Below are positions 26,483-34,776 of a DNA stretch of 37,516 nucleotides, one piece after another; position 1 is the first letter of the stretch, and each line of letters starts with the position of its first letter. The notes under the pieces are model-generated. The model was given only the letters and a program-made list of their open reading frames with translations. It ran no database searches and had not been told where the DNA came from. This DNA is from a candidate division WOR-3 bacterium (GTDB lineage Bacteria; Hydrothermota; Tepidihabitantia; Tepidihabitantales; DTDR01). The stretch is taken from the NCBI GenBank assembly GCA_039801885.1, contig JBDRVN010000011.1, positions 1 through 37,516 on the forward strand, in the 5' to 3' direction. Made by a program: the position numbers and the translations under genes.

Positions 26483-28582
26483 CTAACTTACACAATCACC
26501 GGTAGGACAAGGTCCAGAATAATTTTCGGGAATTGTTAAAAATTCTCCTCTTTCCGGCGGCGTGATGTATAACACTTGTTCTTTTTTGCTTCCGTAACGA
26601 AAGACGGTAATTCCTTTACATTTTAATTGCCAAGCGGTCAGAAATACTTCTCGGACATCTTCTAAACTGGCATTATTTGGTAGATTTACTGTCTTGGAAA
26701 CAGCATTATCAATATATTTTTGGAAAGCACCTTGGATTTTAACTTGGAAGATTGGCGAAATATCCATTGCGGTAACAAAAATCCTTCTTATATCTTCCGG
26801 AATATTTTTAAAATCCTTTATTGAGCCAACCTGGGCAACCTCTTTAATCAATTCGTTAGAATAAAGATTTCTTTCTTTTAAAACTCTTTCAAAATCTTCT
26901 TGGATTTCAAATAATCTCATTCCACCCATAACCTGTCGGATATAAGATAAGGCAAATACCGGTTCAATACCACTAGAACAGCCAGCAATAATACTTAATG
27001 TACCAGTGGGCGCAATTGTCGTTACGGTAGCATTTCTTAATGCCTTAAATTTATTATAGTAAATGCTTTTTTCAAAATTAGAAAAAGAACCCCTTTTTTC
27101 ACCTAATTCACAAGATTTCTTTCTTGCTTCTTCCGTTAAGAATTTGGCAATCTTACTTGCCCAAGTTAAAGCCTCATCACTATCATAGGGAATTCTTAAT
27201 TTTATAAGCATATCAGCAAAACCCATTATTCCTAAACCAATCTTTCTATTCCCTTTGGTCATTATTTCAATCTCTTTTATCGGATATCTATTTATATCAA
27301 TCACATTATCCAGAAAATGAACCGCCAAATGAATTATCCTTCTAAACTCTTCCCAATCAAAATAGGCTTCGCCATTTTTATATTTTACCAATTTCGCCAG
27401 ATTAATAGAACCAAGATTACAAGATTCATAAGGCAAAAGGGGCTGTTCACCACAAGGGTTTGTTGCCTCAATTTTACCTAATTGGGGAGTAGGATTATGG
27501 TGATTAATTTCGTCAATAAAAATTAATCCCGGATCACCGGTTGACCAGGCTTGCGTAACAATTAAATCAAAAACATTTTTTGCTTTTAAATGGCTAACTA
27601 CTTGGTTATTCCTTGGATTTATTAGTTCATACTCTTCATTTTTTAATACTTTCTCCATAAAATTATCACTAACTGCCACCGAGATATTAAAATTGGTTAA
27701 TACGCCTTCTTTTGATTTGGCAGTAATAAATTCTAAAATATCCGGATGGTTGTAGTTTAATATCCCCATATTCGCTCCTCTTCTCTTGCCACCCTGCTTA
27801 ACTACTTCGGTAGCAGCATCATAAACTTTCATAAAAGATACCGGTCCACTGGCAATCCCTTTTGTTGTTTTTACAATATCACCTTTTGGTCTAATTTTGG
27901 AAAAAGAGAAGCCTGTGCCGCCACCTGATTGATGGATTAGTGCCATATTTTTTAATGTCTCAAATATGCTTACCATTGAATCTTCAATCGGCAAAACAAA
28001 ACAGGCAGAAAGTTGTCCCAATTCGGTTCCGGCATTCATTAAAGTTGGTGAATTTGGTAAAAATTTTAATTCGCACATTACTTGGAAAAACTCATCAATT
28101 GTTTTCTTTTCATTTTCTTTATATAATTTGTCAACTTCACCAATTGCTTTAGCGACCCGATAAAACATCTCTTTGGGCGTCTCAATTATCTCCCCTTCTT
28201 CATCTTTTAGTAAATAACGGTTGCGTAAAACAGTTATCGCATTCAACTTCAATTTTAAATCGTCCTTTACACCTAAAATTGTTTTTATCTCCCTAACTTT
28301 ACTTCTCTCTTGCCGATAAAGGATATAGGCTTTGGCAGTTTCAGCATAACCTTCTTCAATTAAAACCCTTTCCACTCTATCTTGAATATCTTCTACCTGC
28401 GGTAAACCTTTTTCAAAATCTTTTTCTAAGATATTTAAAACTTTTTCGGCTAATCTTCTTGCTAAATTTTCTTTGTAAGCATTCGTTGCTCTCAATGCCT
28501 TTTCAATTGCTTTTTCAATCTTCTCTAACTCAAAAGGCACAATCCGACCATCTCTTTTAATTACTTCTTTAATTTTTCCCAT
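26483..28582 (-). CDS. nrdJ: Class II (adenosylcobalamin-dependent) ribonucleotide reductase with N-terminal ATP cone
   Basis: ATP cone VIKRDG, PNSPTLMNAG, SACFVL, GGGTG, TNPCGEQPL, CNLGS, TIAPTG, AVSKTVN and C-terminal CPTGDC; lacks the class I YY pair; no nrdB nearby. Confidence 0.93.
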   Translation of the reverse strand: MGKIKEVIKRDGRIVPFELEKIEKAIEKALRATNAYKENLARRLAEKVLNILEKDFEKGLPQVEDIQDRVERVLIEEGYAETAKAYILYRQERSKVREIKTILGVKDDLKLKLNAITVLRNRYLLKDEEGEIIETPKEMFYRVAKAIGEVDKLYKENEKKTIDEFFQVMCELKFLPNSPTLMNAGTELGQLSACFVLPIEDSMVSIFETLKNMALIHQSGGGTGFSFSKIRPKGDIVKTTKGIASGPVSFMKVYDAATEVVKQGGKRRGANMGILNYNHPDILEFITAKSKEGVLTNFNISVAVSDNFMEKVLKNEEYELINPRNNQVVSHLKAKNVFDLIVTQAWSTGDPGLIFIDEINHHNPTPQLGKIEATNPCGEQPLLPYESCNLGSINLAKLVKYKNGEAYFDWEEFRRIIHLAVHFLDNVIDINRYPIKEIEIMTKGNRKIGLGIMGFADMLIKLRIPYDSDEALTWASKIAKFLTEEARKKSCELGEKRGSFSNFEKSIYYNKFKALRNATVTTIAPTGTLSIIAGCSSGIEPVFALSYIRQVMGGMRLFEIQEDFERVLKERNLYSNELIKEVAQVGSIKDFKNIPEDIRRIFVTAMDISPIFQVKIQGAFQKYIDNAVSKTVNLPNNASLEDVREVFLTAWQLKCKGITVFRYGSKKEQVLYITPPERGEFLTIPENYSGPCPTGDCVS

Positions 28583-28610
28583 TTTATTCTCCTTTTAGAA
28601 TTTTACTTTT

Positions 28611-28638
28611 ATTATAACCGAGTGTTAGTGAATTTCAA
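28611..28638 (-). promoter_or_regulatory. Internal promoter for nrdJ inside the ispG 3' end
   Basis: TTGAAA-16bp-TATAAT, then SD AAGGAG and ATG 28582. Confidence 0.6.
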
Positions 28639-29682
28639 ATTTTCTTCTTTCAAAATAAGGTCAATAAATTTTTTAACAATTTTTTCTCTTGGTTCTTTTT
28701 TTATTATCTTTCCTTTTAGAAAAATTACTCCACTCTTTTTACCAAAGGCAATTCCGTAATCGGCATGACTTGCCTCCCCCGGACCATTAACTTCGCAACC
28801 CATTATGGCAATCTTTATTTTCTTTTTAATATTTAACTTAAAAACCTCTTTTTTTACTTCTTTCACAATCTTTTCTAAATCAACTTCACAACGACCACAA
28901 GTTGGACAGGAAATAATTACCGGTAAATCTTCTCGTAAATTTAAGGCACTTAAAATCTCAAAACCAGCAATAACTTCTAAAATACTCTCACCGGTTAAAG
29001 AAACTCTAATTGTATCGCCAATCTCTTTATGTAATAAGATTCCTATTGCCACTCCGCTTCTTATGCCACCTTCAAAAGGAAGTCCGGTTTCGGTTAAGCC
29101 TAAATGGATTGGGTATTGATAATTTTTATCAATCTCTTCATAAATATTTATTAAACTTAATGGCTCACTAATCTTTGCCGAAATCACTATATCATAAAAT
29201 TTTTCATTTTCAAAGAAATCTAATGTCTCTTTTAATCTATCTAAAATAACCTTTTCAATATCTTTTTCTCTCTCTCTAACACCACCAGCATTCAAACCAA
29301 TTCTTATGGGAATATTAAAATCTTTTGCTACTTTAATTATCTCCTTCCATTCTTTTTCTTTAGTAATATTAAAAGGGTTAATTCTTATTTTATCAGCACC
29401 TACCTTTATTGCCTTGATTGCTAAGTTGTAATTAAAATGGATATCAGCAACAATTGGCATTTTCGTTATTTTTTCTTCTTTTATTTTTCTTAAATTTTCT
29501 ATTGCTTTATCAGTTTTAATCGCTATCCGACAGATTTCACAACCAACCTTTTCTAATTTCTTTAATTCTTTAACTAAACTTAAATAATCTTCGGTTTTAC
29601 ATTTAGTCATTGATTGGACTAAAATCTTTTCCTTACCACCGATTTTTAAATTGCCAATTTTTACAATTCTTTTATTTCTCAT
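28612..29682 (-). CDS. ispG: (E)-4-hydroxy-3-methylbut-2-enyl-diphosphate synthase
   Basis: VQSMT, ADIHF, RINP, PIHLGLTE, IGDTIRVSLT, SCPTCGRC, MGCEVNGPGE. Confidence 0.96.
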   Translation of the reverse strand: MRNKRIVKIGNLKIGGKEKILVQSMTKCKTEDYLSLVKELKKLEKVGCEICRIAIKTDKAIENLRKIKEEKITKMPIVADIHFNYNLAIKAIKVGADKIRINPFNITKEKEWKEIIKVAKDFNIPIRIGLNAGGVREREKDIEKVILDRLKETLDFFENEKFYDIVISAKISEPLSLINIYEEIDKNYQYPIHLGLTETGLPFEGGIRSGVAIGILLHKEIGDTIRVSLTGESILEVIAGFEILSALNLREDLPVIISCPTCGRCEVDLEKIVKEVKKEVFKLNIKKKIKIAIMGCEVNGPGEASHADYGIAFGKKSGVIFLKGKIIKKEPREKIVKKFIDLILKEENLKFTNTRL

Positions 29683-30497
29683 TCAATCTCTAAAGAAATA
29701 TCGATTGCTTTTGGTGAGTGGGTTAAACGACCGATAGAAATATAATCTATACCAGTTTTTGCTATCTCTTCTACATTATCCAAATTAACTCCACCGGAAA
29801 CCTCCAGTTTTACTCCTTTCTTTTTTCTTTTAACTGCTTCTTTAATCTGCGGAACTGAAAAGTTATCAAGCATTATCCATTTGACACCCAATTTTTGAGC
29901 AATCTCAAATTCTTCTAAATTCTCAACTTCACAAATAAAAGGGACTTTTTTCTTACATCTTTTAATCTCTAAGATTGCTTTTTCTAAAGAACCAGCAACT
30001 TTCTTATGATTATCTTTAATCATTATCCCATCATAAAGGGAAAACCGATGATTATAACCGCCGCCAACTCTTACGGCATATTTTTCCAAACTTCTTAATA
30101 AAGGTGTTGTTTTCCTTGTATCAAGAATTTTTACATTATATTTTTTAATTTTATTAACAAACTTGTTTGTTAAAGTAGCGATACCGGATAATCGCTGTAA
30201 AAAATTTAAAGCAACCCTTTCACAAGTTAAAATTGAACCTGCCTTACCAATAATTTCACAAAGCATTTGTCCTTTTTTAAAATAATCGCCATCTTTTAAA
30301 GAGAAAGGAAATTTTACTTTTTTATCATAAGCTAAGAATACCTGTTTAAATATATTAATTCCGCAAAGAATCCCTTCTTCTTTGGCAATAACTTTTGCTT
30401 TTATAATTTTCTTCTTATTTTTTAAATAAAAGGTTGTTAAATCTTTTTTATTAATATCTTCTTTTAAGGCTTCTTTAATTATTTTCTTTAAATCCAT
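29679..30497 (-). CDS. nadC: Nicotinate-nucleotide diphosphorylase (carboxylating)
   Basis: ERVALNFLQRLSGIAT, DTRKT, NHRFSL, KDNH, MLDNF, EVSGG, ISIG.LTH. Confidence 0.96.
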   Translation of the reverse strand: MDLKKIIKEALKEDINKKDLTTFYLKNKKKIIKAKVIAKEEGILCGINIFKQVFLAYDKKVKFPFSLKDGDYFKKGQMLCEIIGKAGSILTCERVALNFLQRLSGIATLTNKFVNKIKKYNVKILDTRKTTPLLRSLEKYAVRVGGGYNHRFSLYDGIMIKDNHKKVAGSLEKAILEIKRCKKKVPFICEVENLEEFEIAQKLGVKWIMLDNFSVPQIKEAVKRKKKGVKLEVSGGVNLDNVEEIAKTGIDYISIGRLTHSPKAIDISLEIE

Positions 30498-30537
30498 AAA
30501 AAAAGAAAAAGGGGAGGGACATTAATTCTCCCTCCCC
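30498..30537 (-). terminator. Rho-independent terminator after the lipoprotein gene
   Basis: Minus strand GGGGAGGGA-9nt loop-TCCCTCCCC followed by TTTTTCTTTTTTT. Confidence 0.8.
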
Positions 30538-30557
30538 ATCCTTTTATTTTAATTTTC

Positions 30558-32375
30558 CTATCGTAAACTTCCGGTATTCCAATTATTTCTTCGCCATCTT
30601 GGCCAAGGTGAATTTGTCAAAGGAGTTCCCGTTGCTCGACCACTAACAACATAAACTCCGTCAGTGGCACCAACATAGATATTACCATCCGGACCGATAA
30701 GCGGTGAAACCAATTCACTCGGTTCCTCTAATTTCTTTGCTGCCGTTGCCAATATTTCCGTGACATCGCAATACCACCTAACTTTTCCTGAATTTTCTAA
30801 GCAATAAAGAATTTCGTCATCCGTATCATAAATATAAAAGATATCGTCTTGGGCAAAGCAAGGAGCACTCTTGAAACTAGCACCAGCAATAGTAACTGGA
30901 TAATTTGATTTTATTGCTCCATTATTTAAAGAAACCGCATAAACCTTTCCGCCATCGGTTCCGAAATAGAGATAATTATCCGGACCTATTGCCAATTGAC
31001 CAACTTCTGTCTCTAAGGTATCTATCCATCTTAAATTTCCATCCGAAGTTAAGGAAATAACAATATTTTTATTAGCTACATAAATATTTCGGTTATTATC
31101 AAGAATTGATGAATTATATTCAAAAGGATTGGTACTGCCAAAATCATAAAGAACGGTTACATTACCACTTAGATCTACTTTTCTCAATTTGCCATCATCA
31201 GCACCAAAAATAATTTCATTATTACCATTTTCTACCGGAGCCGAATTAATCTCAGCACCAATAAATACTTTTCGATGGACTGATTGACCAGAAATATTCA
31301 AAATCACTAAGGTATCCTTGCAACCAAAAGCCGCATAATTACTGAATAGACAAATTGCCGTGGTAATGTCGGTAGAATCGTTTTGTGTTGGATAATACCA
31401 ATAAGCACTAAGGTCATATTTATTTAAAATATGTAAATGGGTACCTACATCATTATTCTCTACCGCATAAACATAACTATTATCGCAAGAAACAGTGCTC
31501 GCAAACCAAGCATCTTCAGTTGCACCCACTAAATTATTTTGCTTTTTCTTCACATCTAAACTCGGTATTTTAAAGAAGTATAAATATCCATAATCAGAAC
31601 AACCAATTCCAATACATTTTTCCTGAGTAGCAGTAACAATAATTTCTGCCGGTGAAGAAAGAAAACCATCTTCTTCATCTGTTTTATATTTTTTAATCAC
31701 ATATCCTTCATCTAAAACAGTAATTGTCAATGCTTGAGAAGTATCCGAAATACCACCTTTTTTATCCTTAGCAATTGCTTTTACATCGTAGGTTTTCGCA
31801 TCTTTAAAACGATAGGTATCAATCACACTGCCACCGGAGGGAACAAAATTACTCCATTTTGATTTCTTACCTTTTTCCCAAATAAATTGAAAGCATACAG
31901 AGTCACCATCCGGGTCAGAAGCAGTGGCGGTAAAATAAAGTAAAGCATTTTTTGCTGTTGAGTTAAATTCACAAGAAATTATCGGTGCTGTAGGTTTTTC
32001 ATTAGATAAAATTTCTAAGGATTTTGGGTCTGACCAATTCTTTTGTAGATTTCCTTTTGCATCCTTGGCGGTTGCTTTTATTTGAAAGGTTCCCGTATTT
32101 ATATACCGATGGGCAACCACTGTTGTTTCACCACTCGCAAAACTTTCTTCCGTAGTATCAACAATTCCGTCTCCCCAATCAACTACATAGTAAATGTCGT
32201 CTTTGTTTGGATCGGTTGTTGACAATGAAATCTCTACTGCTGCGTAGCGATAGGCATTGGTAGGCACATCAATTAATTCTACCTTATTTGGTGGCTTATT
32301 TTTACAACCAATCCCGAAAAGAGCAATTAAAAGAAGAATACTTAAATATAAAAAATATTTCTTTCCTTTAATCAT
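30558..32375 (-). CDS. Lipoprotein with two PKD-like domains and a PQQ/BamB-like beta-propeller
   Basis: Lipobox GIGC; DPNKDDIYYVVDWGDG and DPDGDSVCFQFIW domains; IFGADDGKL, YFGTDGGKVYAV, IGPDGNIYVG repeats; C-terminal SPWPRWRRNNWNTG. Confidence 0.8.
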   Translation of the reverse strand: MIKGKKYFLYLSILLLIALFGIGCKNKPPNKVELIDVPTNAYRYAAVEISLSTTDPNKDDIYYVVDWGDGIVDTTEESFASGETTVVAHRYINTGTFQIKATAKDAKGNLQKNWSDPKSLEILSNEKPTAPIISCEFNSTAKNALLYFTATASDPDGDSVCFQFIWEKGKKSKWSNFVPSGGSVIDTYRFKDAKTYDVKAIAKDKKGGISDTSQALTITVLDEGYVIKKYKTDEEDGFLSSPAEIIVTATQEKCIGIGCSDYGYLYFFKIPSLDVKKKQNNLVGATEDAWFASTVSCDNSYVYAVENNDVGTHLHILNKYDLSAYWYYPTQNDSTDITTAICLFSNYAAFGCKDTLVILNISGQSVHRKVFIGAEINSAPVENGNNEIIFGADDGKLRKVDLSGNVTVLYDFGSTNPFEYNSSILDNNRNIYVANKNIVISLTSDGNLRWIDTLETEVGQLAIGPDNYLYFGTDGGKVYAVSLNNGAIKSNYPVTIAGASFKSAPCFAQDDIFYIYDTDDEILYCLENSGKVRWYCDVTEILATAAKKLEEPSELVSPLIGPDGNIYVGATDGVYVVSGRATGTPLTNSPWPRWRRNNWNTGSLR

Positions 32376-32389
32376 TCCTTCCTCCTTTT

Positions 32390-33391
32390 TTATTTGATTA
32401 CAATTGGTCCATTAAAAGACCCTTTTTCTGGAATACGACGGATGCCACCTCTTCCATCTTCACAATAAAAATAATAAGAATAAAATTTACCTTCTTTCAA
32501 CTTCTTTTTTAATTCATAAACTCCATAATATTTTTCTCCCTTTGCCAATTTCATATCATAGGCAATATTATCAATTACTACTTGAATAATTGCCGGTGGG
32601 TCTCTATCTTCGTCTTTGTAAAAGATAGAGAAGGTAAAATTAGTATTTGGACCGCCTAATTCCGGTTTAACTTTCCAATCGGTTAAAATTGGTGGCCTAT
32701 TCTCTTTTTCATAGACAATCGGACCTGCCAAATACCCTTCTTCCGGTAAGGAAACTTTTTCACCTTTATCATCAATTGCTAAAAAATAATATCCGTGTTT
32801 CATTGGTTCTAATTTTAACTTTGCGATATAAATTCCGTTAGATGGTCTACCTTTATGAAGTTCCATCGGTCTTGCCCGACCATCAACAATTACCATTACT
32901 GCTTTAGGCGGTTTACAATCCGGATCATAATAATCTACTCGAAAAACAAAAATCTTGCCTTCTTCTCCTTCTTCCAAATAGACACCGCCTTTTTCCAATC
33001 TCGGTTTTTTATTTATTTTATGAATACCAACAAAAGGTCCGGTCTTCTCACCGTAACGAGGAAACCGATCAGATTTACCCTTACCATCTTCGCAATAAAA
33101 ATAGTATTTATGTTCGCCCGGTGGTAAAGCTAATCTCTGACTATAATACCAACCAGAAAAAGGACTTCCTTTTTTTAATCTTAAAGCATAAGGAATACCA
33201 TCAACATAAACGAAAATTTTCGCCGGCTTATCGCCATCGGTATCGTAATAATAGACTCTCGCTATAAATGCCTTTCTTATCGTCCCTTCATAAGGAATGA
33301 TCTCACCGTTAAGTAAAAAAGGTTTAGAATTCTCTTGAGAATAGCCTAATAATAAAAATAAAATAAATAAGAAAATTATTTTTTTACCCAT
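32390..33391 (-). CDS. Secreted protein made of three tandem ~100-aa beta-rich repeats
   Basis: Signal peptide; three copies of F...Y.D.D...P..(I/V).V..D.....(M/L).L.KG....G.Y.....L....(H/Y).YYF...D.KG.....P..G...GP.V. Confidence 0.8.
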   Translation of the reverse strand: MGKKIIFLFILFLLLGYSQENSKPFLLNGEIIPYEGTIRKAFIARVYYYDTDGDKPAKIFVYVDGIPYALRLKKGSPFSGWYYSQRLALPPGEHKYYFYCEDGKGKSDRFPRYGEKTGPFVGIHKINKKPRLEKGGVYLEEGEEGKIFVFRVDYYDPDCKPPKAVMVIVDGRARPMELHKGRPSNGIYIAKLKLEPMKHGYYFLAIDDKGEKVSLPEEGYLAGPIVYEKENRPPILTDWKVKPELGGPNTNFTFSIFYKDEDRDPPAIIQVVIDNIAYDMKLAKGEKYYGVYELKKKLKEGKFYSYYFYCEDGRGGIRRIPEKGSFNGPIVIK

Positions 33392-33429
33392 TAATTCCTC
33401 CTTTTAAAATTTTATAAATCATTTATATT

Positions 33430-33458
33430 ATTATACAATATCTTTTATTAAATGTCAA
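33430..33458 (-). promoter_or_regulatory. Promoter of the 33391-30558 two-gene operon
   Basis: Perfect TTGACA-17bp-TATAAT, then SD AGGAGG. Confidence 0.8.
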
Positions 33459-34401
33459 TAAATCCAGTAATTAATTTTAATGGTAAATTACAAGCCTTCC
33501 AAATATAGGGAAACTCTGTTGCTAAATAAATTCTCTCAATTATCTTATTACCAAAAATTTCTTTTAAACTTTTTATAAGTTCTTGATAAATATAAACCCG
33601 AAGAGGTCTTGAATAGCGATATTTTTTATCGGGTGCCAAGACCATTTCAAAAAAGGCTAATTTACTTTTTTTCTCTTTTAAGTATTTATATTGTTTTTTT
33701 GTTAACCGCAAGGCACCAAAACTTATTGAATGAAGCCGAGAAACATCTAAAATTTTAAAAATCTTAAAAAAAATCTCCTGGTAATTAATAATAATATTTT
33801 TTAAGGAATTTATAACTTCCTCATAAGTAATCCCGAAAACTGGATAGATAATAATTGGTTCAAATCGTAAACCGATAAGATAAGAAAGTTCTTGGGCTTT
33901 TTTAATACTTTCAATCCGACTTTCCAAACTGGCAGTATTTTTTTCGAAATTAATAATCGTCTCTTCCGGCAATAAACTTATTCCGTAGATATAAAAAAGA
34001 TTTTTCTTTTTATTTAAAGAAGAAAATTTTAAAATATTATCAGTCTTTGTCCTTAATTCTAAAAAAACTCTTTTATTATATCTTTCCGCAAAAAAGGAAA
34101 TCCTTTCACCTATTCTATCAATAATTTCAATATGATTTTGGCTCAAAAAGGAATCGGTGGTCTCTCCTAAATTAAAATAGAAATTTCTCTCCTCTTCTTT
34201 TAAAAAGAGCTCCTTTAATTCTTGTTCCAAAACTTCCAGATTTTCATAAATCACCGGCTCCCTTGGTGTTTTGGCAAATTGTAAATAACAATATTCACAT
34301 CCTAAAGAACAAGAAGTGGCATAGGAAATAACATATTCACCTAAATCAAATACCCCTTTTCCGTAATCATATTTTTTGATAAATACTATCTTTCTTCTCA
34401 T
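33448..34401 (-). CDS. Spore photoproduct lyase-like radical SAM protein
   Basis: CSLGCEYCYLQ, GETTDS, LELRTK, FEKNTASLESRI, GLRFEPII, PDKKYRY...LR..IY, IYLATE...IW. Confidence 0.8.
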   Translation of the reverse strand: MRRKIVFIKKYDYGKGVFDLGEYVISYATSCSLGCEYCYLQFAKTPREPVIYENLEVLEQELKELFLKEEERNFYFNLGETTDSFLSQNHIEIIDRIGERISFFAERYNKRVFLELRTKTDNILKFSSLNKKKNLFYIYGISLLPEETIINFEKNTASLESRIESIKKAQELSYLIGLRFEPIIIYPVFGITYEEVINSLKNIIINYQEIFFKIFKILDVSRLHSISFGALRLTKKQYKYLKEKKSKLAFFEMVLAPDKKYRYSRPLRVYIYQELIKSLKEIFGNKIIERIYLATEFPYIWKACNLPLKLITGFIDI

Positions 34402-34697
34402 AATTGATTAATTATATTTTTAATCTCTTCTCTAAAGGGAAAATTATCTTCATCAAATTCTAAATCTTGCGGAATTTTATAGTTCTTTAAAATTGCTAAT
34501 TTTCTACTTAAAATCGGATATCTTAAAGAGAAAATAAAAGAGAAAAAAATTTCTCCCTTTCGAAATCTATTCTTATCCAATTTTTTTATCGCTGCCAATT
34601 TCTCTTTTATTAAACTCTCTATCTCCGGATAAAAGATTGACAAGACTTCTATTGTCTCTTTAATAAATCTTTTTTGGGAAAAGGTAAGATGAATCAT
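34398..34697 (-). CDS. Small hypothetical protein translationally coupled to the SPL-like gene
   Basis: ATGA overlap; own promoter TTGAAT-16-TATAAT-5nt-ATG; LRYP.L motif. Confidence 0.7.
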   Translation of the reverse strand: MIHLTFSQKRFIKETIEVLSIFYPEIESLIKEKLAAIKKLDKNRFRKGEIFFSFIFSLRYPILSRKLAILKNYKIPQDLEFDEDNFPFREEIKNIINQL

Positions 34698-34702
34698 TCA
34701 AT

Positions 34703-34769
34703 ATTATAAAGATAACGAAAAGAAATTCAATTTTTATTCTCTTGAAATTTTTAAATAATTGAATATACT
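34703..34769. promoter_or_regulatory. Back-to-back divergent promoters (both probably leaderless)
   Basis: Minus strand: TTGAAT(34730-34725)-16-TATAAT(34708-34703). Plus strand: TTGAAA(34742-34747)-16-TATACT(34764-34769). Confidence 0.65.
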
Positions 34770-34776
34770 TCAAAAA

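Noticed and set aside
26483-28582. Intein or intron in nrdJ
   Set aside because: Motifs are contiguous and the length fits an uninterrupted enzyme.
28583-28640. NrdR boxes or a cobalamin riboswitch upstream of nrdJ
   Set aside because: No good match to the NrdR palindrome, and the leader is too short for a riboswitch.
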